A stretch of DNA of 64,000 nucleotides from Octopus sinensis (GCF_006345805.1 NC_042998.1:42594001-42658000), one strand, 5' to 3'; positions 11,465 to 25,147 are shown, counted from the first letter of the stretch. Notes: generated by a model from the sequence alone, not told the origin. Numbers and translations are program-made.

Positions 11465-12750
11465 GTTGTTTCGTCACGGTGCTGGTTGGCTCCCTCTTGC
11501 TTTCTTTCGGGTCGTCAGACTGTGGTGAGTTGCTAGGTGGAGGGGTGCTTCTGTGGGAACGTGGTTTATATGTGGCCCTCTTGCCCACACTTAAAGCACA
11601 GTGGACTTCTTTCCTTCGTTATGACTCTTAGTGTGGCCTCCTCCGGAAGTATTATTTGCCTTGATATTTCTTCCAAGTTCTTCTGGGTGGCCTGGCTTAT
11701 TAGCTCCAGACCTTGGCCCCATCAGTTCTGCTGGTGTAGCCTAGTGGCCTGAAGGATAGTGGCTCTATCTTCCAGGTCCAGCAGCACGGCCACCCTCAGC
11801 CACACCGCATCAATTTCTGGTGGGACCTCCCCTATCCTTATTTTCGATGTTCGCCTTCCAAGGTAACTCTTACTCTTTTACTCTTTTACTTGTTTCAGTC
11901 ATTTAACTGCGGCCATGCTGGAGCACCGCCTTTAGTCGAGCAACTCGACCCCGGGACTTATTATTTTTGTAAGCCCAGTACTTATTCTATCGGTCTCTTT
12001 TTGCCGAACCGCTAAGTAACGGGGACGTAAACACACCAGCATCGGTTGTCAAGCAATGCTAGGGGAACAAACACAGACACACAAACACACACACATACAT
12101 ATATATATATACATATATACGACAGGCTTCTTTCAGTTTCCGTCTACCAAATCCACTCACAAGGCATTGGTCGGCCCGGGGCTATAGCAGAAGACACTTG
12201 CCCAAGATGCCACGCAGTGGGACTGAACCCGGAACCATGTGGTTGGTTAGCAAGCTACTTACCACACAGCCACTCCTGCGCCTATAAGTCGGCAGTAGCA
12301 CCAGATCTGCCGATTTTAAGGAAGGCGTAGAGTGTTCCTTTTGCCTCCTCTTCGGAAGCGAATCTCACCTCTACTATGCCGAAGCACCCTCCTCTATTTA
12401 CGTATTTTCTGTTGTGCCAAATTGGTATCCTTTTTGTTGTCAGGGACAGCGTTCTATAAACTATTGTTTTGCGTTTCGTGTTGTATATCATTTGTTCTGG
12501 GGGAGTCAGCTTCATGTTCGCTCCTTCCCTCTGCAATAAGTTTATATATTTTTCGAGCTCGCCGGGCTGACTTGCACTTTTTCGTTAGTGACACCAGCCA
12601 CGGACGCGCAGTTCATTTTTCCATTACCATTCTGTGTTTCAATTCGGAAACAGGGGGAATTCGCACAAAAAACGAACCTACTAAAGCAGGCAATGTGTCC
12701 AAAAGGCACAAAAAACAGCAAAAGTTGTATAACAGTTAAAAAAATACAAC
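11465..12750 (-). mobile_element. LINE ORF1 remnant (Tx1/L1-like) with gag-type zinc knuckle, split by a SINE
   Basis: GCFGIVEVRFASEEEAK (12282-12536) continues across the SINE as LVLLPT|YLGRRTSKIRIGEVPPEI...PLCFKCGQEGHI*; stops and frameshifts present. Confidence 0.7.
11867..12284 (-). mobile_element. SINE family A, full length
   Basis: Head GTGGCTGTGTGGTAAGTAGCTTGC...GGGTTCAGTCCC, internal (TA)/(TG) tract, (AAAGAGT)n tail. Confidence 0.93.
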
Positions 12751-14329
12751 GGTAATCCCAAAAGGGAAAACCTACAATTAAGCGAGAGCAACAGCAGAAA
12801 AACACGTCTGTTTCGTAAAAGGCACTAAAAGAGATTGAAGAAATATATAATATAAAGCATACAAAATATACCAGTATTTTCGTAATGAATGTTACAGCGT
12901 ATATATTTAAATTCATAAAATATATATAGGAAAGGATTTAACTAAAGAGATAAAATAAAGAGTTACAGCTTAAACCAATAATATAATTCTAAGACTTTTA
13001 GTAATAGTATTATAGCTTTCATCACGAGTACCGGTTATTCTATGAAAAGGAGGAAAATAAATCTTTATCTCCAGATTTAACTGATTTATAGAAGAGAAAG
13101 GAGTTTAAAACATACACATACGCGTGCGTGCGTACGAACACAGTTAAGGCTGAGTGTTGAGAGACCGTAAGTGTAATCCCACTGCATAATATTATGTGTC
13201 CATGTGTTTTTATCATAAGCTCGGGATGATTCGAGTCTTGTGATTCGATTTTGGCCGAGGAAAAATGTATAGAAATCCATCGAGTGGGACTGCACCAGTT
13301 GGTGAAAGACTCCGGGTAAGGCTCCCCAAGGAGTCACTTGCTAGGGCAGTGGGACACGCTCAGGCCTAGTTTTCAGGGCCAAGGCGTGTCTCAGGTAGAG
13401 GCATATGGATGTGACTAACAGCTTGGAGAGGGATGGGCGTCACCATACTAACTTGCCCTTGATACATTCATGATGATGACACCCAGACCAGGACCCATAC
13501 CAGATTGGTCGTCGCCCAGGTTAGCACCAAAGAGTGAACGTGCCTCAATTTTGCCGACTCACAGAGGGCAGCAGATGACCGAAAGAAGAGGAAAAATCTG
13601 GATTCGACGTCATCAACGAATGTCCCAACGACGACATGGTTAAGGGATAGGAAGGAAGGAAGATGGAAGAGAAAAAGGAAAGAAGGAATGTTGAGAATTA
13701 TGTCAAAGTTATATGGAATATTCAGCCACTTTGCACGCTAATTCAATGAATATGTTGTCCAGCTGATTGAACAACTGGATGCCCATACATAGAAAGTGAC
13801 AGAAGTGTCCACTTTAATCATTTTTGTACACAAACATGCAGAAGTTAAGTAAAAAGTAAACACAGGAGTTGAGATGAATTAGGAGAATGTGAGGCGTTCA
13901 TAAAACATGTAAGATAGGAAAAGCTTAGAAGAAAGATGAAATTTTTCTCATTGTGTTCTTTTTTGAAGATTGAGCTGTGATATAAGCGGACTCCACAACC
14001 AATGATAGTTGAGGAAACGACCTCGATAATTAAAACGTCTATTTACAAGTTTGGAGCTCGTTAGGGTGTTATTCTGCTCATTATGATTGCACTCACAGAA
14101 ACGGTCACTCAAATGGCTTTAGGTTGGTGAAGATCCAATCAAAGTGGTAGGGGACATGACTATTTTGGTTTAGATTCAGTTATTAACGTGCTGTTCGAGA
14201 TAAAAGTATAAATGTAAACTTATAGGAACCAGGGTGTGTACAGCAAGGAACCTGACTGTGCACTAAAAATAGACCACCAGACTAAGTAGTATGAAGTCGC
14301 TCAACAGCACAGTCTAATCTTTGGGCGGC

Positions 14330-14739
14330 AGAAATGTTGTCTCTTCGCTCTCTCCTTTCTGTCCTAAAAGAGTGAGCTCACTCTTTTACCTACGGACCCT
14401 GTAGCTCCTGATGGTAAATTATTTGCCTTTAACATAATAGGCTTCTAGACTATTTGTCTAAGCCATGTTTTCTTTCCTTTTCCTTCTCCCTTTTGTGTAT
14501 ATAGTATGCTCTTGTTTTTTCCCTCTGATGAAGATCCGTTGCCTTAATTCGAATGCTTTATGAAGATGAAGAACTTTATTCTTGCATTTATTTAAAGACT
14601 GCATTTTAGTCGCCGATCAGTAACGGCCTTAAGATATGTTACGTCACCTATTTTGTTATGTCATGCTTTGTATTAAAAAATAAGCTATAAACGTGGTCCA
14701 GTCGATGTGTTTGTTAATCTGTAGTTTTCTCTATTTTCC

Positions 14740-14740
<1 letters not shown>
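14330..14740 (+). mobile_element. Probable PLE pseudo-LTR / 3' end remnant
   Basis: Degenerate YLRTL.APDG resembling the LxTLxPxGLN end of PLE ORFs, followed by CTCTGATGAAG and an AT-rich tail. Confidence 0.35.
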
Positions 14741-14785
<45 letters not shown>

Positions 14786-14789
14786 GTTC

Positions 14790-15940
14790 AAATTTACAGA
14801 AACAAATGACGAGAACAGGCGTAGGCACAACAAGCAGGTGTATTAGTTTAATACGTGGGAAGAATGGCAAAGTCTTTTACGTTTTGAGCCTGCGCTCTTC
14901 GACAGAAAGGATTAAGAGGAAAAAGCTGAGAGAGAATGAAAAGAAAAAAATCGACAGAGAAAAATGTGTAAAGTAAATTAAGTAATTTCTATGAGAATAC
15001 TAATAACAATAACTTGAATAGAAATAGTGACTTAGCAATAAACAGTAACGAGATTAACCTAACTGAGGTTAATCTAACGAGGTTAGCCTAACATAGCTAG
15101 GGACCCGAGAAATAGCTATACCAGAGTAACTAATCAAAAGGAAGCAACCTTAACTAATCGAAACGCGAGACTAGAATGGGAAGACAAGAACGCTAGAAAG
15201 TGCAGTACATGGAATGTCAACGATAAGAATAGCGAAAATAACTTGGAACATAGACGAAATAAATTAAGGATTACCAGAAATCGAACCAAAATAGAAAATA
15301 ATAATAGAATTTAGAAGATTTAATAACTGCGATTGCACAAGAGGTAGAATATGTCCGTTAAAATCTGAATGTAAAATTAGAAATGCAGCTTACAGGTGTA
15401 AAGTTACATCAGAAGATGTGGAATATTTCTATATAGGTACCAGTTTATGTTTTATAAAACAAAGAATAGCCAGCCACTAAAATTCTTTTAGTGATAAAAA
15501 CAAAAAAAAAATCATACAAGCCTTAGCAAATTAATTTGGTCGCTGAAGGACAGTAATAAAGTATATTCAATTGACTGAGATAAACTGTATAGTATAGGGA
15601 GTAAACGATGCGATCTATAAATTACTAGAATAACAATTATGAAAAAAAGAATCAAAATTAATTGCACACACTAGAAACAAGAATATTCTTCATGAAATGA
15701 GTAGAATGATAAACTTTTTGATAGTACTAATGAATATTACACGTAATATAGCTAGAAAATAATAAATTACTAGCATAACAATTGTGAAAGAAAAAGTCAA
15801 TCAAAATTACATGAATAAATCTAAAAATAGGAATATTCTCCTTGAAATAACTAGAATGATATACTAAATGATGCATATCTAACAATGTGCAGTCGATGCT
15901 GTTGAAACGTGCGTAGGCCCACGAAAGAATGCTGTAAATA
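14790..15940 (+). mobile_element. Penelope-like element: GIY-YIG remnant with flanking terminal-repeat relics
   Basis: 15325-15480 reads NCDCTRGRICPLKSECKIRNAAYRCKVTSEDVEYFYIGTSLCFIKQRIASH*; after a frameshift HTSLSKLIWSLKD; hammerhead relics at 14874-14909 (-) and GAAACGTGCGTAGGC at about 15904. Confidence 0.85.
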
Positions 15941-15998
15941 GCTGTCTAATAAATTATAGATGTGGAATAAATCTCCGTTCTCCTGATCATTATTAATA

Positions 15999-16045
<47 letters not shown>

Positions 16046-16068
16046 ATATATATGTGTGGTGTGGTGTG

Positions 16069-16130
<62 letters not shown>

Positions 16131-16139
16131 ATATATGGA

Positions 16140-17480
16140 CGTCACCAACAGTAAGCAACATGAAATACGAAACCAATGAGTTAAATACGCAAACAACGAG
16201 AGAAAAAATGGAAAGTAGGACAAATAATACAAAGAATACAAAGAACGACCCATCAGCAGTTGTTGGCGACCTATCTACTCCCCATTTCGAGCAATCAACG
16301 ACAATATGAAGACAGTTGCTCCCATTGATGGAGGGTTAAAGTTGGGAACAAAAACAGGACAGTGGAGACATACAAGGAAGCCAAACGAAAACAAACATGG
16401 AATCCCGAGCCTTCCAACAGGTTTGGGCATGTCCCACAGTTTGGGCGTCCACATTTTTTAAGTCGTTTCAGCGATTTGTGTTGCTTTTTGCATTTGACGA
16501 ATTCATGTGTTTTCAGACAGTTGCTCATTTTGGGATTCCTAGTGAACATAGGTAGATCTTGTACAATAGTGTTGTATGCCTCATTGTTTCTGGGGTTGTG
16601 AGTTGATATATACGGTAGTGTTTTGAGATGTGGTGTGGTGTTACGTTTTGTTTTCCTTTGTGTTTTAATACCCAATTTCTTGGCACGCTTAATTCCATCG
16701 TCTATAAGCGAGGGTGGATATTGTCTCTCAATTAGTATTGTTCTGAGGTCTTGAAGATGGAGGTACCAGGTATTTCCATCAGACACTATTGTGCAAATCC
16801 TTTTCCCTAAATTAAAGGCGATATTTCTTGTGATGAGCTAAAAAGAAAATATTGTTTCGAGTTCGTTGGTTTATGATAAATGTCAGTTACAATTTGGTTG
16901 TTAACTTATTTAATCATAATATCTATGAAAGGGAGCTGTTCTTTGCTATATTCCATTGTAAATTGGATGTTAGGGTTTATATTAATTAGGAAATAATCAT
17001 TCTGGAGTATAAATTTTAAATTTTCAATAATAAAAACCTGGTTTATGCGTTCTGGAAGTTCTTCGAGGTATTTTTCGAAGGTAACATCGAAGGAAACCAA
17101 TAATGTCTCTTCATTAGTTGTTGTTGGTAGGTGCTCAAGCATATACAGATCGTCTCTAATGAAATTTTTGATGTATTTCCGCAAGGGTTTCAACAGGATG
17201 TCTAGAAAATTGCTTAGGTGGTGGGTTTCACAGGTTGGGCCAGCTATAATGGGTCTTAACTTTAAATCCTCTGGCTCTAGGATATCTATTATCCTACTTT
17301 AGCTAGTATAATGATTTTTGTTACAGAGAGAGAGTTTCCTTTGATAAATTACTTTGAATTTCTCCTGTATGTTTTGTTCTAACGTGTGTTCCTGTTTCTC
17401 TCCACTCGGTCTAAAAAATGTTTACTGTAATTTGGTTCGTAAAAATTATCAGTGTTATTAATTGTACACTATTAAGGCTA
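16140..17480 (-). mobile_element. Penelope-like element, internally deleted RT and linker
   Basis: ORFs 16906-17193 (LVSFDVT, NINPNIQFTMEYSKEQLPFID) and 16295-16786 (RQYPPSLIDDGIKRAK, LPYISTHNPRN, CGRPNCGTC). Confidence 0.9.
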
Positions 17481-17815
17481 TAACCATACATGGATTTACA
17501 CAGGATTGCACCTAAGGACGTATGGACTAACATCTACACTATCGGAAAGCTGAACTGTGAAATTTTATGCTTCTTTTTTCTTTTTCTTCATTTCTTTATT
17601 CCCTTTCTCCTGTATTGTCATCATTTCATTTATCTATACTTCTCACATTTTGCCTATTTGTCCCCTATTTGTCTATAATGAGGGGGTATCCCGTACTTTG
17701 GGATATCCACAAAACAGCTGTAAGACTTTGAATTTTTCCAATAATAACAACGTATATATTGACTTAAGATGTTTGTCTTGCCTTAACGTTAGTGTGTTCT
17801 CAAGAATTTTGTATA
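17480..17815 (+). mobile_element. Inverted PLE pseudo-LTR with decayed hammerhead (17671-17726)
   Basis: WIYTGLHLRTYGL resembles WIxxLxTLxPxGLN; GTCT-ATAATGA-GGGGGTATCC...GGATATCCAC-AAAAC-AGCT-GTA-AGAC. Confidence 0.6.
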
Positions 17816-17834
17816 TATATATATAAATAATAAA

Positions 17835-17870
<36 letters not shown>

Positions 17871-17946
17871 TGTATGTATGTATGTATGTATGTATGTATG
17901 TATGTATGTATGTATGTATGTATATATATGTACATATGTATATATG

Positions 17947-17979
<33 letters not shown>

Positions 17980-18568
17980 AAATATATAAATACATATGAT
18001 TGGGAAGCAAATGTACGTATGTATGTGTGTGTGGGTGTGTGCGATTATCTATTTTTATTTCAAAATTTCTTGCCAATATAGAAAGAACCAGTTCCTAATC
18101 TGAATCCAAGGTTCCTTTATTGGAATTTCAACAACATCAGCAGAGCATTTTTGTATGCATGTGTGTATGTGTGCAGTATTTGGAGTCAGTGCATGTGCAG
18201 ATTTGTATATTTTGTGTTGTGTATGTATACTCATACATAGATTTGCATTCTAGACATGCACATATGTACTTAAATGGTAAGTTTCTGGGAAGTTTTGCAA
18301 ATTTTTACAGTTTGAGTGATGGCTTGAGTCTTTGAATTAGCCTTATTTCTGGTTTCTAGAAGTCTTATTACTCAAGATTGGTACTTAGGCAGTGTGTTAC
18401 ATATCCTAGTATTCAAATACTTACAGGTATAAACCTGGACTTGTAATCTGGGTAGAATTCCAAATAGTTCAGCAAATGTATGTATGTATGTATGTATGTA
18501 TGTATGTATGTATGTATGTATGTATGTATGTATGTATGTATGTATGTATGTATGTATGTATGTATGTA

Positions 18569-19849
18569 CGAGGGGTGCTCATTAAATATTTTCCCTGACC
18601 CACTACTCAAGGACTGGGATAAACAAAATTTTTCCATAATTATTAGTCCTTCTCCTCATAGCCATCGCCAATGGTGACACATTTCTCCCATCGCTTTATG
18701 CAGCTATGAAGATCTCGTCTGTAGAAGTCGGTAGGTTTTGTCTGGAGCCAAGACTTTACCTCGGAAATAAGATCATCATCATTCGGAAAGTGCTTCCCCT
18801 TCAACGAAAACTTCACGATGGAAAGAGTTGGAAGTCAGATGATGCAAGATCGGGAAAGTAAGGGGGATGAGGAAGGATTTCATAGCCAGAGGAGTGTGCT
18901 TTCACCTGAGCAACAAGCGCATTGAAAACTGGGGCGTTGTCTTGGAGGAAGCGGACGCTTTTGATCAGCATTCCAAGCCTCTCTGTTTTGATGGCGTCCT
19001 GCAATTTCTGCAGCAGAGCTCTTTGTCAGAAAATCCATCATCACTATTCCGCGCTGATCCCAAAAGACTGTGAGCATGACCTTGCCTGCTGAGGGTTGGA
19101 CATGAGCCTTCTTTGGAGATGGTGAATTATCATGCTTCCATTGCTTCAACTGGACTTTAGTCTCAGGATCATAGTGACGGTCTCATGTTTCATCCTGAGT
19201 GATAAGTCAGCCAAAAAAGTCCTCCTCGTTTTCTTGGCACAATGCCAAAAGAGCCTGGAAGCAATTGACTCGTTCCTGCTTATGCAAAGGTGTGGGCATC
19301 TGTAGAATCCATCGTGCAGACAACTTATGCATGTGCAAACAACTTATGCATGTGGAAATAGTCGTGAATGAGTTTCTCTACGGACTCCACACTTATATTC
19401 ACTTCTTGGGCTAGTTGCCGTTAGTTATGTAGCGATCCTTCAAAATGGCGACTTCCACTTTATAGATGGTGTCATCATCAATGATGGAATGTGGTCGTCC
19501 AGGAATAGGAGCAGTTTCCACCGATGCCCGACCACATTTGAACTGGCGATGCCAGTGCTTGACCACGTCGAATGATGGTGCATCATCACCATAAACTTCT
19601 TTCATCTCATCGAAAGTCTTTTTTGGTGTACAACCTTTCAAGTATAAGAACCTGGTCACCGATCTGCATTCAACTGCGTCCATTATAACATCTCAGTCTA
19701 CGTCAGCAGCCGTAAAAGACAAACAAATATTAGTGGGAAGCTGCAATTCACAATGTGACATGTCGAGACATGTATGATTATACCTGTACAAGTTCCGTTT
19801 CCTGCAATAGCCGGAAGTGGTCAGGGGAAATCTTTAATGATGCCTCTCG
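18569..19849 (-). mobile_element. Full-length (1281 bp) decayed mariner transposon, DD34D type
   Basis: TIRs CGAGGGGTGCTCATTAAATATTTTCCCTGACC and near complement, TA TSD; transposase fragments MDAVEC..GRP, LITQDET*, QDNAP, HPPYFPDLASSDF; stops and frameshifts. Confidence 0.95.
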
Positions 19850-20570
19850 TATGTATGTATGTATGTATGTATGTATGTATGTATGTATGTATGTATGTAT
19901 GTATGTATGTATTTAAGTATGTATGTACGCATGTATGTATGCATGGATGTATGTCCAGGCGCGCGGTTGGCCCACTGAGAATGGGAGACCTCTCTGTTGT
20001 CACAACATCTCTCTAGGAGAGGGAAACTCTGAAAGAAAACCTGCGATACTGACAATATTCGATGATGTAGACTAGTTCTTCTTTCCGAGTTTATGTTGTC
20101 CATGTTCTGAGAGTGGATTTGTGCAAATCCTTTTCCCACTATAAAAATCATCATGCACGGACATAACTTGAAAAAAAATGTAAGACCTATCACAAAAATG
20201 GTTGGTCGTAGCCTTCGCATGTGTGGGATTTTCGATCACACGATAGCAATACTCGAATACGAATTTGCAGTCATCATATGTATGTATGTATGTACGTATG
20301 TATGTATGTATGTATGTATGTATGTATGTATGTATGTATGTATGTATGTATGTATGTATGTATGTATGTATGTATGTATGTATGTGTTTGTGTGTTTATG
20401 TATGAATGTATATTTATGTATGTACTTATGTATGTATGTATGTATGTATGTATGTATGTATGTATGTATGTATGTGCTTGTGTGATTATGTATGAATGTA
20501 TATTTATGTATGTATGTATGTATGTATGTATGTATGTATGTATGTATGTATGTATGTATGTATGTATATC
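19850..20570. repeat. (TATG)n arrays with an intervening non-repetitive segment
   Basis: Directly visible. Confidence 0.9.
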
Positions 20571-21663
20571 CTGTGATTTATCCTTTGGCAACTTGTAACC
20601 ATTGTTCACAATTTCCATTATAAAATATATAAGAAAAAATAAAAACACCGATACATCACGTATTTTTCACAGAACTTGTATAGCACACCTCGCTTAAGTA
20701 GAGAGAATGTCAAAGCTGTCTGCTCATCGAAGTAAGCAAGACAGAATATGTTGCCCTTAGTTATTGGGTAAAATTTACCTGTCCTTAGGCTAAGCTGATG
20801 TTCCTAAGTTAAGTTACTAAATAACTACTTTTAGGAAACAGATATGTTCGCACTGACGTAAAGGTTTATATAACAGATTCTGAATAATTAAATACTTCTA
20901 TCCATAATCGTTTATAGAATAATGATAGTCTTGACCAGTAAACAATTATTATGTCTCTCTATCTGGCAAGAGATCGAAGGTTGGATTCCTTTCGGAGCGA
21001 AAAGTACTGAATATTATTCGTTCCTGAATTGTTTAGAAATATATGCTGCATATTTTTAAATGACGTCTTAAATGCAACATGTTTGTTGAAATTCTGTATG
21101 TGCATACTCAGACACGTACATTTGCATCATAATGTATTCGTTATATGGTCTAAAGTTGTCGGCTTTTTTTTTTGGCTTTTATTGAAATACCAAATTATAT
21201 ATATATATATTGTTGACTGACTGCTAGCCCTTTTGCGTTTGACCACGGTCACTGCCACATCGATATTCTTCCCTCTGCCGTAAGGCTTAATTCCCAACAC
21301 GCCAGCTGAATTCAATTCGTCTCCAGTCGAAAGACGCCTGTTGTTATGTCCTGTTATTACTATTATTATTATTGTATTTATATTTGTGTAACAGCGTCCG
21401 TTTTTCCGTCCTTGTTTCGTATACATTCGTTGCTTTTTTCCATGGAATCTAATGCTTTTAGCTTAGTTTTTCCTTGGTGCTGGCCAGATTGGAGCAATCT
21501 CAAGATTAATCAACCGAAATTGCGAGGATGATCCGGTTCTTGACTGAAGATTAAAGGCTTTGAATGACCCGTCCGTGCTTTTTGTATCGTCTATCTGGAT
21601 GTTTTGTTGTCCCTTTTTGTATCACCTAGTTGTCCGGATGTTTTGCGTTCTTGTCCCATTTTG

Positions 21664-21707
<44 letters not shown>

Positions 21708-21787
21708 TGCTAAGTTATTGAAAGAATTGAACAAGTTCTGGTGGTTGGACACCAGAATGGAAAGATCGCTGGATAAGATACCTTATG

Positions 21788-22095
21788 GTAGCAGTCCCCA
21801 ACCGTTTTTTGCACCATGGACCGGTATCATGCACGACGATATTTACACGGAACGAGCGATCACGCTAATAAGCGCAATAAAGTGCATAATATATAATTTA
21901 CTTATTACATAGATAATACATATATATTGCATATATAATATATAATACATATATATTACATATAGAGTATATTAATAATGCAAAAGCACTCTGCAAACTG
22001 CTAGCCAATGAAATAGAAATAAAATTTAAAAATTTATTCTTTCTGTGCGGCCCGGTATAAAATAGTTTGTCCGCGGGTCGGTGGTTAAGTCGATA
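21788..22095. mobile_element. Old hAT-Charlie (MER1-like) MITE
   Basis: Starts CAGTCCCCAACCGTTTTTTGCACCATGGACCGGT and has GCGGCCCGGTA...GTCCGCGG near the far end, resembling MER1-type termini from memory; right TIR eroded. Confidence 0.45.
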
Positions 22096-23139
22096 AGATA
22101 ATACTGGTGTTAGTGTAACTGACTTTAACCAACATTGTCTCTTATAAAAGGATGGGGCTATGAAAAGTGAAAAGAGAGCAAACAAATTGGCATGTTTAAT
22201 AAAATTAAGATGTTTTTAAACGTATCCAGCTCCTTTTGGAAAAAGATAAGAATTATATAGATGAAAACACGTTAACAAAAAATGGAGAAGGGTTAACAAA
22301 TTTCACTTGATTTTTAGAGGTGGAAGGAGGAGGGACTAGTATTCATCAGTTTGAGAATTGCTGCCTTAGAAGTTGGTACCCAGTTGAAGAATAAAAGAAA
22401 TATGCAGATAGTGTTGCCGTTAACTTAGTGAGTTTCAAAAACCTTACAAAAGAGAATTATGCTCTGAAAAAAAATATATTAGTAATCGATAAATATTATT
22501 TTGAGGCTTTTCACAACTACAAGAGACAACTCCAAGCTTGTTTCGGTTTCATTAGACCTTGTTAGAAAACTGTAAACTTCACCGTATATACAGCAGTATT
22601 GATGAGATTTTGCATTTGCATGTGGTCTAATATAAGTAAAGTAACGATCTAAAAACGATTTTTAAAAGTGTAATGAGTACAGCTGCAATAAAAAGATAAG
22701 GATAATTCAGATCAAGAAATACAAGGGAGACAATACTGAAATGCAAATTACATACAAAATTGATTCAGGGCTACGATGGTCAGTGAAAGTAATCTTTGGC
22801 AAACACAGTGACAACACTAGATATGAAGGCTTTAGAAATCAGTAAAGTTTAAATTACGAAGCAAAACATTTGGATTTAAAGATCAACCAGCTTGTCAATA
22901 TGGAATGCTATGATTCATAACAATTAAAATTGGTACCGTCCGCTGTTGACTAAAATACTCAACAAAAGAAATATCTTGATACACCATGTAATCTACATAT
23001 TTCAACATATAAATGATATTTGTTTGTATAGGTTCCATTTGAATAATTTGGATATTGAAATTAATTAATTTCGCATGCGCACACACAGTCATAGACACTA
23101 AAACAAGGATAAATATGTGTGTGTATGTATGTATGTATG

Positions 23140-23173
<34 letters not shown>

Positions 23174-23195
23174 TGTATGCATGCATGCATGTATG

Positions 23196-23229
<34 letters not shown>

Positions 23230-23315
23230 TGTATGTATGTAGTGTGTGTGGTGTATGTATGTATGTATGTATGTATGTATGTATGTATGTATGTATGCAT
23301 GAATGTATGTATGTG

Positions 23316-23575
23316 AAGGCGCATGACCTAGTAGTCAGATTGTTGCAATCACGATCGCTAGATCGTGGAGGTTCGATTCCCAGACCGGGCAGCGCGTTGT
23401 GTTCTTGAACAAAACACGTCCTTTCCTGTTGCGCAAGTCCTTTTTCGATCAAGGTGGAGTGTTGGCCTACTCGCCTCGCCAGTGGGGTGGCGTCATTTGA
23501 TGGTTAAAACGATGCAAAGCGCATTGAAACTAGCGATATGCAACAGCATCTGAGAGTCTGGTCGGTTACGTTATA
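23316..23575 (+). mobile_element. SINE family C copy
   Basis: GAAGGCGCATGACCTAGTAG head, B box GGTTCGATTCC, core GCGTTGTGTTCTTGAACAAAACAC. Confidence 0.8.
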
Positions 23576-23859
23576 CATATACTTACACCCCCCCACACAC
23601 AATATATATAAGGTTGAAAAGGAACACACGAGTTGATATATATGGAAAAAAGTCAAGGTAGAAAATGGTAAAATAATTTTATAAAAAAAAATTTCAGTAC
23701 CGGTTCCAGTCACTGAGACTTTTTCAATTGTAAGTATGGAAAACAATTAATTTTGGAAAAATTAAAAGAAAAGTTTTTAAAAGAATATTTGCATAGTATT
23801 CAAATACAAGACTGATTTTCTTTGTTTCCGCCTGTCTCTGTCTCACTTGTTTACTCTTG

Positions 23860-24183
23860 TAGGCTCGAGAAGGAAACATTCTAGTGAAGTTGAACATCTT
23901 ATCAGGCCACCACAGTCCCCAGATCTCAATATTATCGAACATTTATGGTGCATTTTAGAAAAACAAGTAAGGAGTCGATATCCTCCACTATAATCACTAC
24001 AAGAACTGGCGACTGTTTTAGCTGAAGAATGGACAAAAGTTCCTTTGGAAACAATTCAAACTTTGTACGAGTTCATACCTCATAGAATTTAAGCTGTAAT
24101 TACTGCCAAAGGCGGTCCTACCCCATATTAAAATAAATTTGCTTGAAATTTTAAGGTGTTTCCATTGTTTTATCCAATCCCTG
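23860..24183 (+). mobile_element. Tc1 transposon 3' fragment with right TIR
   Basis: 23892-24131 reads EHLIRPPQSPDLNIIEHLWCILE...AKGGPTPY*; ends TCCAATCCCTG|TA. Confidence 0.9.
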
Positions 24184-24734
24184 TATATATATAAATGATG
24201 TTTTGGCTTCATACAATTAATTATCAATTGTATAAAATCAGCTGTCTCTTTTTATTGCTATAACGCGGCAGGTGAGAAATGTTTAAATATTAATAAATAG
24301 AATGAGATGCCTAGACAACACAAACTCTTTTACATCATGAGAACACGATTTTATCTTTGCCACATACATGCATATACGCCTGTACGCACTTCAATGCAAG
24401 AGTAAGCCTAGACATGGTTGTTAGAAATGGTAGAAAAAGCAGCCAAATCATCCTCAATTCACATTGCCTTGTCTTGAAACAAATGACACATTGAAATAAT
24501 GTAGTCTGAGATGCAGTATGGCTGAAATAAAAATAGGAAGATTACGGTTGGAATGTCTTTGATTATAGGAGTGACTTAGGGGCTAGAAACGGCAACATCT
24601 GTTTTGATAAAGTACCTGCTATCTAAATCAACTCTATCGATATACATGCACACATACATATATCTACACAGAAGCACACACACACACACACGCACACACA
24701 CACTCACATACACACACTCCACACGCGCACACAC

Positions 24735-24908
24735 ATATCATTTGTAGTCTTTACATTCTGGATTCAAATTCCGCTGAAGTCGACGTTGCTTTTCATCTCT
24801 TCGGGGTCGATGAAATAAATACCAGTTAAACTCTGGGGTCGATAGAATATCCCAAAATTGCTGACCTGTGCCAAAATGTTGAACTCATCATCACCATTAT
24901 TATTAATA

Positions 24909-24980
<72 letters not shown>

Positions 24981-25147
24981 TGTTTGACTTTTGCTTTATG
25001 TCTGTACAAGTTGGCTCCAAGTCTCACCCAGAGACCTCAAGAGACAACAGGTTGGAAGTTCTGTGCCATATATTTGTTTTTTTTTTGTTTTTTTTTGTGT
25101 TGTACTAGTGAATGTCTAATACATAAAAATAAAATTTAAAAAATGAA

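Noticed and set aside
13140-14300. GC-richer segment and a GIQLFNQL minus-strand motif suggestive of a CR1-type LINE; similar weak TLEYC at about 40870
   Set aside because: Only single short motifs; family assignment cannot be supported without a search
22525-22572. Minus-strand CTAACAA-GGT...ACC-GAAAC-AAGCTT-GGA, a possible hammerhead relic
   Set aside because: Three core changes and no helix I; too weak to count
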